DNA of 64,000 nt from Anaerolineales bacterium (GTDB lineage: Bacteria; Chloroflexota; Anaerolineae; Anaerolineales; RBG-16-64-43): the NCBI GenBank assembly GCA_049511715.1, contig JBEKXU010000002.1, positions 100,994 to 164,993 of the forward strand, read 5' to 3'. A program made the position numbers and the translations under genes. Numbering within the stretch: position 1 is the first letter of the stretch; every line of letters begins with the position of its first letter. Shown here piece by piece: positions 38,600 through 48,651 of the stretch. The notes under the pieces are model-generated. The model ran no database searches, was not told where the DNA came from, and saw only the letters and a program-made list of their open reading frames with translations.

Positions 38600-39187
38600 G
38601 TCTGGACCCTCGGGACCGTCACATCGGCCCCATTATACATAGCCCGCCCAGCCCCCGCGCGACTTTCGGCATGGAATCGGCATGATCAAGGGAGGCTCCC
38701 TCAAGGTGGCCGTCGCGTGAAGCGGCGCAACCTGCCGGGTCGTGGCGGGCAGAAAGCGGCCAGCACCGGCTGAGGGCCCAGCGGACAAGCCTCGCTGGAG
38801 GAAGGAGGTTGGAGGCGGGAGGAAAGTCTGCGGACCAGAGTGAAGTGAATCGGGTGCCGGGGATGCGCCGCAGGCGTATGGGCCAAGAGCGTGCGCGAGG
38901 TGCCTTGTGGGGAAAAGACTTTCTTCGGTCCGATCGCTTGGCGGCAGAGGCTGGCGAGCGACTCGTTGTCTCACGCCCAAGTCTTCTGCCATTCCCCTGC
39001 GGCCAGCGGATCGCATGAGGGCGCTCTCGAGGGCGAATCTTGGAGCCTGATCCGGATCTCACAGGGTAGCTGGGCCAAGACCTCAATCCACCAGCAACCC
39101 AAGCCTGGGGAGGCTCCGCTGAGGCGTGGACGCCCTGGGTGGGTCGTGATACCATTCAAATCATGGACGGAAATAATCTGATTTTAG

Positions 39188-41113
39188 GTGGCTGGGCAAA
39201 TGGGCGTGACCCCGCAGGACATTGACCGATTGCTGGCTGCGATCCTGCCTCGGGTTCAGAAACCGGGCAGGTACACAGGCGGTGAGTACAACCAGGTCGT
39301 TAAGGACTGGGCCTCTACCCCTATCCGCACGGCGTTGGTCTTCCCGGATCTGTACGACCTGGGGATGTCGAACCTGGGCATCGCGGTTCTTTATAACATT
39401 CTCAATTCCTGCGGGGATGTCCTTTGCGAGAGGTCATTCTCCCCCGGAGAGGACATGGAAGGCGAGATGCGCCGGGCGGGTGTGCCGCTCTACTCGCTGG
39501 AGACCCATCGCCCGCTGGAGGACTTCGATCTGCTTGGCTTTTCGATCCCCTACGAGCAGCTTTACACCAATGTTCTCAACGCCCTCGATCTAGCCGGGAT
39601 CCCTCTCCGGGCCGCCGAGCGCGACGAGCGGCATCCGCTGGTGATTGCAGGGGGCCATGCGGCCTACAATCCTGAACCTATGGCCTCTTTTGTGGATGCC
39701 TTTGTGGTCGGTGAGGGCGAAGAGGTCATCCTGGAGATCGTGGGCGTGTTGCGCTGGGCCAAGGAGACCTCGGCCCAGCGAAGTGCCGTGCTTGAGCGTC
39801 TCGCACGGCTATGGGGCGTATATGTGCCTGGCTATTACCGCCCCATCTACCATGCCGACGGCACCCTCAGCGGGATGGAGCGCGTTTGGTCGGGTGCGCC
39901 TGCGGTGGTGCTCAAGCGGATCGTTTCCAAGCTGCCTCCCTCTCCGGTGAAGATGATCGTCCCTTACATTGAGGTCGTTCACGATCGTTTCCCGGTGGAG
40001 ATCATGCGGGGCTGCACCCGGGGCTGCCGCTTTTGCCAAGCCGGGATGATTACCCGCCCGGTTCGGGAGCGTCCGGTCGAGGAAATCCTTGACACGATCG
40101 ATGCGGGGCTCAAGCACACCGGCCTTGAGGAAATTGCGCTGCTGTCGCTCTCTTCCTCGGACTATAGCGACATCCAAAAGCTGGTGGCGGGCGTTGCCGA
40201 ACGGTACGCGGGACGTCACTTGCGCATCTCCCTCCCCTCCCTGCGGATTGAAACGGTCTCCGTGGCCTTGATGGAATCCCTGCGAGGCCATCGTGCCGGC
40301 GGGTTCACCCTGGCCCCGGAGGCCGCGACGGAAAGAATGCGTAATGTGATCAACAAGCCGGTGTTGAGTGAACAACTGCTCTCGGTCTCCCGGGAGATCT
40401 TTGTCCGTGGCTGGACAACTCTCAAGCTTTACTTCATGATTGGTCACCCGCGTGAGGGGCTTGAAGATGTTCAGGCGATCGCGGACCTGTCCAAGGCCGT
40501 ACTGGCGCAGGGGCGCAAAGCGGCCGGTCGGCGCGCCGAGGTTCATGTCGGGGTCAGCACCTTCGTCCCCAAACCGCACACGCCCTTTCAGTGGGTACCG
40601 CTCGACTCGCTCGAGCGGATTGAGGCCAAACAGAAGTTGCTCATGAGAGAACTGCGGGATCCTGGTCTTAAGCTCAGCTGGAACCCTATCCAGCAGACGA
40701 TGCTGGAGGCATGGCTCTCGCGGGGAGACCGCCGAATGGGGGAGGTGGTCTACGAGGCCTGGCGGCGAGGCGCACGATTTGACGCTTGGCAAGACAGCCT
40801 GCGCTATGAGGCCTGGACCGAAGCGTTTTCCTTCTGTGGCCTCGACCCGACTTTCTACACTCATCGCGACCGTCCTTTGGATGAGGTCTTTCCATGGGAC
40901 CACGTGGATTCTGGCGTGCGCAAGCACTTCCTCTTGCAGGATTACCTCGGGAGCCTGCAGGGGAAGACGCGCGCCGACTGCCGCGAGAAGTGCTTTGGCT
41001 GCGGCATTCTCCCCAAGTTCAACGACCTGAGGATCCGCCAGGCCGAGGAGGCTTGGTTCTGCCCGGTGATCAAGCGGAGCGCGCACGAGCCCACGCAGGC
41101 GATTCCCTCATGA
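39188..41113 (+). CDS. B12-binding-domain radical SAM protein (TIGR03960-like)
   Basis: CTRGCRFCQAG (CX3CX2C) after an N-terminal B12-like domain. It is followed by its usual DUF2344 partner. Confidence 0.8.
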   Translation: MAGQMGVTPQDIDRLLAAILPRVQKPGRYTGGEYNQVVKDWASTPIRTALVFPDLYDLGMSNLGIAVLYNILNSCGDVLCERSFSPGEDMEGEMRRAGVPLYSLETHRPLEDFDLLGFSIPYEQLYTNVLNALDLAGIPLRAAERDERHPLVIAGGHAAYNPEPMASFVDAFVVGEGEEVILEIVGVLRWAKETSAQRSAVLERLARLWGVYVPGYYRPIYHADGTLSGMERVWSGAPAVVLKRIVSKLPPSPVKMIVPYIEVVHDRFPVEIMRGCTRGCRFCQAGMITRPVRERPVEEILDTIDAGLKHTGLEEIALLSLSSSDYSDIQKLVAGVAERYAGRHLRISLPSLRIETVSVALMESLRGHRAGGFTLAPEAATERMRNVINKPVLSEQLLSVSREIFVRGWTTLKLYFMIGHPREGLEDVQAIADLSKAVLAQGRKAAGRRAEVHVGVSTFVPKPHTPFQWVPLDSLERIEAKQKLLMRELRDPGLKLSWNPIQQTMLEAWLSRGDRRMGEVVYEAWRRGARFDAWQDSLRYEAWTEAFSFCGLDPTFYTHRDRPLDEVFPWDHVDSGVRKHFLLQDYLGSLQGKTRADCREKCFGCGILPKFNDLRIRQAEEAWFCPVIKRSAHEPTQAIPS

Positions 41114-41271
41114 TGGTCGGCGTCCGATCCCCTGTAGAAGGTCGCCCCGAAGCGGCCCGCAACGCGAGCAGAACCTGGGGGGACACTTAGCTGTCCGCCG
41201 GATTGGCTCGCTTTGACGGTTGCCATCCCGATGAAAGGGCTGAGCCGATCGGGAGGTTTTCAGGAGAGTCC

Positions 41272-41934
41272 GTGATCCGGCGGTATCGGGCAAGATTCGC
41301 GATCCTGGAGCCCATGCGCTTCACTGGGCACCTCGATCTCTTGCGGACGTGGGAACGTGCGGTTCGGCGAGCGGAGTTGCCGCTCGCCTACACCCACGGA
41401 TACCATGCTCATCCTCGGATTCAGATCGGGGCGGCGCTGCCCCTGGGATGCATCGCCTGCGCGGAACTGCTTGACCTCTGGCTGGAAGAGGATCTTGCTG
41501 GGGAGGAGGTGAGGGCGGCTCTCGAGCAGAGCCTGCCGCCCGGGCTAAGGTTGCACCTCCTGGCGGCACTGCCTTCCCCTCAGCGCGACCTGCAAGATGA
41601 GATCGTGGCTGGCGACTATACGGCGATTCCCTTGGAGCCGGAATTCCCCGCGCAGGTTGCCGAGGGCGTGATGGGTTTCCTGGCCAGTCCAAGCATTATC
41701 CGCGAGAGGCGGGGCAGGTCCTACGACCTGCGCCCTCTGGTTTTGGATCTTCGTATCCTGTTGGGCCACCCTTCCAGCTCTCTGACCATGCGCCTGCGCC
41801 TCGGAGAGAACGCGACGGGCCGACCAGATGAGGTTCTGGCCTGCTTGGACCTGGCGGGATTCGCCGTGCATGTCTGTCGCGATCGCCTGTTGTTGTGGGA
41901 CCCCGGCAAGGGTCTTGTCGGCTCCGATGGGTAG
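41272..41934 (+). CDS. Radical-SAM-associated DUF2344 protein (TIGR03936-like)
   Basis: GTG at 41272 lies 5 nt after AGGAGA. The sequence begins RYRARFAILEPMRFTGHLDLLRTWERAVRRAELPLAYTHGYHAHPRI. Confidence 0.7.
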   Translation: MIRRYRARFAILEPMRFTGHLDLLRTWERAVRRAELPLAYTHGYHAHPRIQIGAALPLGCIACAELLDLWLEEDLAGEEVRAALEQSLPPGLRLHLLAALPSPQRDLQDEIVAGDYTAIPLEPEFPAQVAEGVMGFLASPSIIRERRGRSYDLRPLVLDLRILLGHPSSSLTMRLRLGENATGRPDEVLACLDLAGFAVHVCRDRLLLWDPGKGLVGSDG

Positions 41935-42276
41935 CGCAGGGTCGACAGGATTCCCCGTCTCTTCAAGACCGCCGGGGACTTCCTTGCGCAGCAATGAGCC
42001 CGAAGCGACCCCAGGTCCGAGGGGAGCGGGCTCGCAGTCCCTCGTCCGGCGCAGGACCCTCAGAATAGGTGAAGCATGTCCGCGCTTGCCTCGGTTGGCG
42101 CCGGGATCTAGACTCGGCCTGAGAGGCTTTCGCTCAATCGGGCCCATCCTGCTCCGCGGGGGGTAAGACTGACCTTCCAGAGGAATATGCGCTCTGGCAT
42201 CCCCGTCGGCATGTGGCGCCCTCCCAAGAAGCGGGGGGCGGCGGGCGGAACAGCAAGACAGCCGGGAGGAAGGTGA

Positions 42277-44154
42277 ATGATACGTGCTGAGGGACCCTGG
42301 TTCAAGGACGAGCGGGGCCGAACCCTCATCCTGCGGGGGGTCAACCTGGGGGGAAGCTCGAAAGTGCCCTTCCATCCGAATGGTGCCACCCACCTGCGGG
42401 AAGGATTCCTGGATGATCGCAACGTGTCTTTCGTAGGCCGGCCTTTTCCGCTCGAGCTTGCCGATGAGCACTTTGAACGCCTCCGTCGCTGGGGATTTAC
42501 CCTTTTGCGCTTCGTGGTCACGTGGGAGGCCATTGAGCATGCCGGGCCCGGCCTCTACGATGACGCCTACCTGCAATTTGTGCGGGCGGTCATCAAGAAG
42601 GCGGCTGACCACGGCTTTCAGGTTTTCATTGACCCGCATCAAGATGTCTGGTCGCGCTTTTCGGGGGGGGACGGGGCGCCCGGATGGACCTTGGAGGCGG
42701 TGGGGTTTGACTTGGCCATGCTTCACGCTTCCGGCGCAGCGATCATTCATCAGATGCATGGTGAATCCCTGCCGCGCATGATCTGGCCAACGAATGCAAC
42801 TCGCCTAGCCTCCGCCACCATGTTCACGCTGTTCTTCGGGGGGAACGTCTTCGCGCCAGCGACCCAAATTGAAGGGGAGCCAGCGCAGGAATACCTGCAG
42901 CGGCACTACATTCAGTCGCTGTGCCGGCTGGCCCAGCACCTGCGCGACCTGCCGAATCTGGTCGGCTACGACACGCTCAATGAGCCCTCCGCTGGCTGGA
43001 TCGGCTGGCGGGACTTGAACTCTTCCCGAGGAGCGATTCGATACGGCCTCAGCCCCAGTCCCCTGCAGTCGATGGCCCTAGGCGACGGGATCCCCTGCCG
43101 GGTCCAAGATTGGGTCATTGGTTTGACGGGTTCCCGGCGCAGGAAACTGACTTGGCTCAACGCGGATCGGACTCGCGCTTGGCAGGCGGGCCACAAGTGC
43201 CTTTGGCGGGCGAATGGGGTTTGGGACGTGGATCGAAAGGGCCGGCCCACGGTCCTGCGCCCGGAGCATTTTTCGACCGTCCGGGGCCGCCGGGTCAGCT
43301 TCCCTCAGGACTTCCTGCTGCCCTTTGCAAGGCGGTATTCAGCCGCCCTGCGAGCGGCCCATCCTGGTGCCCTGACCTTCTTCGAGGGGGAGCCCGGGCA
43401 TGCGCCGCCAAACTGGGGGAACGGGGATCGCGACGGGTTGACGTATGCGCCGCACTGGTATGACGGCTTTGTCCTTTTCACTAAGACGTACCTCCCGCAC
43501 CTTGCCGTGGACGAGCGCACGAGGGGGCTTGTCGTGGGGTCCGTCTGCATCCGGCGTTCTTTCAGCGCCCAACTGGCGCGCCCCCGCCGCGAAGCCGAGA
43601 GGCTCCTTGGGGGTGTTCCCTCTCTGGTAGGCGAGGTCGGGATCCCCATGGATCTCGAAGGGGCCCGGGCCTACCGCACGGGCGATTTTCGCCACCAGGT
43701 CAAGGCGGCCGATCGAACCTGCCGCTCTCTCGAGGCAAACCTGCTCTCCTACACTTGGTGGAACTACACCGCCGACAACTCCAACGCGTGGGGGGACCAG
43801 TGGAACGGCGAGGATTTCTCGATCTTCAGCGCAGATCAGCGAACGCAGGCGGCGGATCCTTACTCCGGCGGGCGAGCGCTGAGGGCCATCGTGCGGCCCT
43901 ACGCCCGGGCCATTGCCGGCGAGCCGGTCCGAATGCAATTTGACTTGCCCGGGCGCGAGTTCAATTTGGTTTTCCGCAGTGTTCCGCCCGCCTCAGGAGC
44001 GACAGAGATATTTGTGCCTGCGTTGCATTTTCCTCGAGGCTACCGGGTGGAGGTGTCGGACGGGGAGTTCGAAATTCAATCTGAAACCTCGCTCCTGGCA
44101 TACTACCACGACCCCGCTCGCGCGCTACACCGGCTGCGGCTCACTGTGGATTAG
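42277..44154 (+). CDS. GH5-family glycoside hydrolase (endoglycoceramidase-like), no signal peptide
   Basis: RGVNLGGSSK, LRFVVTWEAIE, VFIDPHQDVWS and YDTLNEP (acid/base NEP). Confidence 0.7.
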   Translation: MIRAEGPWFKDERGRTLILRGVNLGGSSKVPFHPNGATHLREGFLDDRNVSFVGRPFPLELADEHFERLRRWGFTLLRFVVTWEAIEHAGPGLYDDAYLQFVRAVIKKAADHGFQVFIDPHQDVWSRFSGGDGAPGWTLEAVGFDLAMLHASGAAIIHQMHGESLPRMIWPTNATRLASATMFTLFFGGNVFAPATQIEGEPAQEYLQRHYIQSLCRLAQHLRDLPNLVGYDTLNEPSAGWIGWRDLNSSRGAIRYGLSPSPLQSMALGDGIPCRVQDWVIGLTGSRRRKLTWLNADRTRAWQAGHKCLWRANGVWDVDRKGRPTVLRPEHFSTVRGRRVSFPQDFLLPFARRYSAALRAAHPGALTFFEGEPGHAPPNWGNGDRDGLTYAPHWYDGFVLFTKTYLPHLAVDERTRGLVVGSVCIRRSFSAQLARPRREAERLLGGVPSLVGEVGIPMDLEGARAYRTGDFRHQVKAADRTCRSLEANLLSYTWWNYTADNSNAWGDQWNGEDFSIFSADQRTQAADPYSGGRALRAIVRPYARAIAGEPVRMQFDLPGREFNLVFRSVPPASGATEIFVPALHFPRGYRVEVSDGEFEIQSETSLLAYYHDPARALHRLRLTVD

Positions 44155-44284
44155 GGCCGCTGCCCGAATCCATCTCCGGGCTGTGAGCCTTCACCTAGTG
44201 GCTTCCCCTTGGTCGGTGGTGCTGCATCCGAGGTTAGTCTCCCGGGACGGTACCATCAGACCCCGGCTTGGGAGAAAGCGCGGA

Positions 44285-45145
44285 CTAGCTGAGCTTCATT
44301 TTGAGCGAGAAGTTCGAGGGGACCGATCCCTGCACGACCTGGACGACATAGTCCTCGGAGGCCGGAAGGCTTCCGCTGAAATGAATGGCGTGATCATTGA
44401 GGCTCACGATGGATCGCCCGTCCTGCAATCCGTACACGACTAAGCTCGCCGACCCCGTCTTGATCTGAAGATCCAACGTCAGAGTTTGCGCTGCCTGGAC
44501 CGGCAGGAGATAAGTGACATTGGGGATCTCCTGAGCGGTCCCGGTTACCACATAGGCGTTGCTGCCAGGCTGGAGGATGATGGTCTGCGCGACGGTGATC
44601 GAAAGGGTGAAGGAATCCTCGGCCTCTCCCGCCACCACCTCAATTACGTAATCCTCCGATTCCGGACATGTGCCTTGAAAGCTCGGTTGGCCCTGGGTCG
44701 GCGTCAAGAGCCAAGTACCATCGGCGGAACCATAGATACCGAGGACGAGATCGTGGTTGGGGGAATCGAGCGAGGCCATCATCTCCTGCCCCTGCTGAGC
44801 CCCCACGACATAGTATTGGGTTGTGCCGGCTGGCACTTGCCCGGACTCACTCGCTTCGGTGCCTCCGCCAGGAAACGAAACTCGTGTGCTGCCAACAGGC
44901 AAGGTGGCCAGCGGAAGAGGCGTCTCGGTCGCTAACACCGTCGAGGTGGTCGGTGCAGGAGTTGAAGACAAAGCAGGCGGGGGAGAGGGTGTCGGGGTCC
45001 AGGCAGGCGAAAGGATGAGCGGCGCCAAGGTGGGTGGGATCGCCATCACCGGGGTCGGCGCCCCGCCTCCCCCGCCGTAGAGGCTGCAGCCGCTCAGTGT
45101 GAACGCAGTCCAGGTTGCGACTAAGACAAGGCGGATCGATCGCAT
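44285..45145 (-). CDS. Lipoprotein with two repeated beta-sandwich-like modules
   Basis: AAGGAG SD upstream of ATG at 45145. The lipobox is LVATWTAFTLSGC. The module endings repeat: EDYVIEVVAGEAEDSFTLSITV and EDYVVQVVQGSVPSNFSLKMKL. Confidence 0.6.
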   Translation of the reverse strand: MRSIRLVLVATWTAFTLSGCSLYGGGGGAPTPVMAIPPTLAPLILSPAWTPTPSPPPALSSTPAPTTSTVLATETPLPLATLPVGSTRVSFPGGGTEASESGQVPAGTTQYYVVGAQQGQEMMASLDSPNHDLVLGIYGSADGTWLLTPTQGQPSFQGTCPESEDYVIEVVAGEAEDSFTLSITVAQTIILQPGSNAYVVTGTAQEIPNVTYLLPVQAAQTLTLDLQIKTGSASLVVYGLQDGRSIVSLNDHAIHFSGSLPASEDYVVQVVQGSVPSNFSLKMKLS

Positions 45146-45634
45146 GCCGTGGCTCCTTCTGTGGCCAGCCCCCTGCTCATGGTCGAGCCCCCATGCGGGG
45201 GCCGATATTCTCATGCCCTGACCTGGAAGGCACGGCGCATCATCCGCAGTGCCGGCGCTTCCACGGCGGACAGGGTCGCTGGCCAACTGCACTTACCCCT
45301 CTGGCACCAGCCTCCTGGAGGATGGGCCTCGCGATGGTATACCACGAAAGCGAGGAAAAACACCACCATCAAGATAATCGCTAGGTCCAAGGACACCGCG
45401 GGAGCGGAGGCCCGGGCGGCTCCCTTCCGGTCCGAAAACGATGGGGAGCAGGTGAACGACCGCGGAGACCTGGCAATGGCGGAGAGGCGCGTGGGATCAT
45501 TCCAGACGCCAGGCAAGGGGAAAGGGGTGCGGATTTTTGGACGGCTTCGGGCTCGCCAATCCTGGGGGGCAAGTTTTCCCCGGTCTTGATAAAATCTGGT
45601 TCCTTTCCTCCCCAACGGAAGGCGGCTGAGCATC

Positions 45635-47431
45635 TTGAAAAGCAAAAGCATGACCGGGTCGCCTAAGGTTCTGGACAGCAAAGCCCGATCCGAGTGGAAG
45701 CGCATGCTGCGCTTGGTCACTCCCTACTGGCGTTCCCTGGCCCTGGCGATTTTCCTGCTCCTGCTGTCCAATGCGGTTGTCCTCGCGTTGCCCTTGGTAG
45801 TCCGCTGGTTGGTCGATACGGTTTTCGTTTCCCATGACCTGGCCCAGTTGAATCAGATCGCCCTCGGGTTGCTGGCCCTCTTCCTCTTGCAGACCGTCAC
45901 CGGAGTAGGCAACACGTACTTGATTGCCCGGGTTGGACAGCGCCTGATTGCCGACCTGAGGCTGCAGATCCACATGCGGGTCCAGAACCTCCCCTTGCGT
46001 TTCTTTGCCGAACGCCGGACCGGGGAGATCGTTTCTCGGGTGAGCAACGACGTGACGGTTGTGCAAAATGCGCTGACCGAAATGCCCATCAGCTTCCTCG
46101 GTCAGTTGACCACGCTGGCAGGGGGTCTCATCTTGATGTTGGTGATGAACGCGCGCTTGACCCTCTTCATCCTGCTGATGATCCCTCCGATCCTCGGAAT
46201 AGGGATGTTCTTCGGGCGGCGGCTGGAACGGCTCTCGACGGCGGTCCAGGATCGCTTGGCGGACTCGACGGTGGCGTTGGAGGAAATGCTTTCGGGGATC
46301 CGGGTGGTGAAATCCTTCGCGCGCGAAGACTATGAGCGTACACGATTTCGCAGCCAAGTTGAGTCAGCGTTTGCCACCGCCATGCAGCGGGCACGCCTGC
46401 GGGCCATTTTCATTCCCCTCATCAGCTTTGTGGGCTTCGGGGCGCTCACTTTTCTTCTTTGGTACGGCGGCCTAGAGGTGATTCATGGCCAGATCACGCC
46501 GGGCGAGCTGGTCGCTTTCCTTTTCTACATGATGATGGTGGCGGGGCCGATGGGGGCGTTTGCCGGCTTGTATGCGCAGCTGCGCGAAGCGCTGGGGGCA
46601 GGCCGGCGGGTGTTTGAGCTCCTGGATGCCAGCCCGGAACCGATGGATGTCGCCGGTTCCTACCAACCGGGACGGTTGCAGGGGTGGGTGCGCTTCCTGG
46701 AGGTGAGCTTCTCGTACGCTGGCTCTCAGCTGGTGCTGCAGGACATATCGCTGGAGGTACAGCCGGGTGAGGTGATTGCGATTGTCGGCCCGAGCGGGGT
46801 GGGCAAGACCACGCTGGTGAATCTCATTCCTCGCTTCTACGATCCGACCGCGGGGCGAATCGAGATTGACCGCCACGACCTCAGGGATTTCGACCTGCGC
46901 GGCCTGCGCCAGCAGATTGGCCTTGTGCCGCAGGACACCTTTCTTTTCGGTGGGACGGTCCGCGAAAACATCGCCTACGGCCGACTGGGGGCGCGCACGG
47001 AGGAAATCCTGGCCGCGGGGCAGTCGGCCAATGCGGAGGAGTTTGTCAGCCGTCTTCCCCAGGGATATGACACAGTCGTCGGCGAGAAGGGGGTCAAACT
47101 GTCCATGGGCCAGCGGCAGCGCATCACGATCGCCCGGGTGTTGCTCAAGGATCCGCGCATTCTGATCCTGGACGAGGCCACCTCGTCTCTGGACTCTGAG
47201 TCCGAGAGGCTGGTTCAGGAGGCGCTGGAACGGCTGACGCGAGGGCGCACAACGTTCATAATCGCCCACCGCCTTTCGACGATTCAGCGCGCCACCCGGA
47301 TCATCGTTCTCCAAGGGGGACGCCTGGTGGAGGAGGGCTCGCACGCCGTGCTTCTGGCGCGAGGCGGTCTCTATCAGCGGCTGTGGGCGCTTCAATTCGC
47401 AGAAGGAGAATCTCTGAACGCTGTGGGGTGA
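45635..47431 (+). CDS. ABC exporter, fused permease/ATPase (MsbA-like)
   Basis: Six-TM N-terminal half. Walker A GPSGVGKTT, signature LSMGQRQR and Walker B ILILDEATS. The start is TTG 45635 or ATG 45650. Confidence 0.9.
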   Translation: MKSKSMTGSPKVLDSKARSEWKRMLRLVTPYWRSLALAIFLLLLSNAVVLALPLVVRWLVDTVFVSHDLAQLNQIALGLLALFLLQTVTGVGNTYLIARVGQRLIADLRLQIHMRVQNLPLRFFAERRTGEIVSRVSNDVTVVQNALTEMPISFLGQLTTLAGGLILMLVMNARLTLFILLMIPPILGIGMFFGRRLERLSTAVQDRLADSTVALEEMLSGIRVVKSFAREDYERTRFRSQVESAFATAMQRARLRAIFIPLISFVGFGALTFLLWYGGLEVIHGQITPGELVAFLFYMMMVAGPMGAFAGLYAQLREALGAGRRVFELLDASPEPMDVAGSYQPGRLQGWVRFLEVSFSYAGSQLVLQDISLEVQPGEVIAIVGPSGVGKTTLVNLIPRFYDPTAGRIEIDRHDLRDFDLRGLRQQIGLVPQDTFLFGGTVRENIAYGRLGARTEEILAAGQSANAEEFVSRLPQGYDTVVGEKGVKLSMGQRQRITIARVLLKDPRILILDEATSSLDSESERLVQEALERLTRGRTTFIIAHRLSTIQRATRIIVLQGGRLVEEGSHAVLLARGGLYQRLWALQFAEGESLNAVG

Positions 47432-47487
47432 GGGGCTGGCCATGGGAGCGGGCCCGAGTCGCTTGACGCGAACGGTTATCGGGCCTA

Positions 47488-48651
47488 GTGTCATGAGTTA
47501 TAAATATGTTGCATTATTCCGAGTCTTGTGGTAGGGTGAGTGAAACGTTTCCCGGAGGCCCAGCCATGGCACAGGGACGCCCGCTCACCGCGCTCCGCTT
47601 GACCGATACAGAATGCGAATCTCTCCAACGATGGATTCGGCGGCGCAAGACGGCTCAGGCGCTTGCGCTGCGGGCGCAACTGGTGCTGCTCAGCGCCCAA
47701 GAGGTGTCGAACCAAGATGTGGCGGCACGACTGCACGTCACCCCGCAGACCGTCAGCAAGTGGAGAGGGCGCTTTGTGGAACGCGGCCTGGATGGGCTGC
47801 TGGATGAGCCGCGTCCGGGAGCGCCGCGCACGATCAGCGACGTCGATGTGGAGCGGGTCATCACCCTGACCCTGGAGACCACACCGGAGAACGCCACCCA
47901 CTGGAGCACGCGCCTGATGGCCTCGCGGACGGGGATGAGTCAGAGCGCGATCAGCCGAATCTGGCGGGCGTTTGCCCTCCAACCTCACCGCAGCGAAACC
48001 TTCAAACTGTCCCAGGATCCCCTGTTCATCGAGAAGGTGCGAGACATCGTTGGACTGTACCTGAATCCGCCCGACCACGCCCTGCTGTTGTGCGTGGACG
48101 AAAAGACTCAGATCCAGGCTCTGGACCGCACGCAACCCTTGTTGCCCATGCGCCCGGGACAGATCGAGCGCCGGACGCACGATTACGTCCGACACGGCAC
48201 CACCACCCTGTTTGCGGCCCTGGTGGTCAAGACTGGCCAGGTCCTGGCACAGTGCCATCGTCGTCACCGCTCCATCGAGTTTCGTGAATTCCTCAACCAC
48301 ATCGACGCCAACGTGCCCAAGGAACTGGAGGTGCATCTCATCGTCGATAATTACGGTACGCATAAGACAGCGTCCATCCAGCGCTGGCTGGCGCGGCACC
48401 CTCGCTTCCACGCGCATTACACTCCCACGAGCTCCACCTGGTTGAACTTGGTCGAGCGCTTCTTCGCCGCCCTGACCGAAAAGCAACTCCGGCGAGGTGT
48501 CCACCGCAGCACCCGAGAACTAGAAGACGCCATCTACCGCTACATCGATCGCCAGAACCAGGAGCCCAAGCCGTTTATCTGGACCAAAACCGCCGATCAA
48601 ATCCTGGAATCGCTCGCAGGATTTTGTAAACGAATCTCTGACTAGGGACAC
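47488..48651 (+). mobile_element. IS630-family insertion sequence, apparently intact, with TA duplication at a CTAG target
   Basis: The imperfect terminal inverted repeats are gtgtcatgagttataaat and gtgtccctagtcagagat (right end, reverse complement), about 13/18 matching. They are flanked by TA at 47486-47487 and 48652-48653. The reconstructed empty site is ccTAgg. Confidence 0.75.
47566..48645 (+). CDS. IS630-family DDE transposase
   Basis: GGAGG lies 7 nt upstream of the ATG. The N-terminal HTH is [20 protein letters not shown]. The DDE_3 core has [16 protein letters not shown] and NLVERFF. Confidence 0.9.
   Translation: MAQGRPLTALRLTDTECESLQRWIRRRKTAQALALRAQLVLLSAQEVSNQDVAARLHVTPQTVSKWRGRFVERGLDGLLDEPRPGAPRTISDVDVERVITLTLETTPENATHWSTRLMASRTGMSQSAISRIWRAFALQPHRSETFKLSQDPLFIEKVRDIVGLYLNPPDHALLLCVDEKTQIQALDRTQPLLPMRPGQIERRTHDYVRHGTTTLFAALVVKTGQVLAQCHRRHRSIEFREFLNHIDANVPKELEVHLIVDNYGTHKTASIQRWLARHPRFHAHYTPTSSTWLNLVERFFAALTEKQLRRGVHRSTRELEDAIYRYIDRQNQEPKPFIWTKTADQILESLAGFCKRISD

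Noticed and set aside
38812-38835. GGGAGGAAAGTCTGCGG resembles the RNase P RNA CR-I motif (GAGGAAAGUCCGG).
   Set aside because: I could not find the other universally conserved blocks (AGGGUGAAA, GUAAGAGC, AGAUGAAUG, ACAGAACCCGGCUUA) or a P4 partner strand within 400 nt. It is most likely a chance match. An Rfam RNaseP_bact_a scan would settle it.
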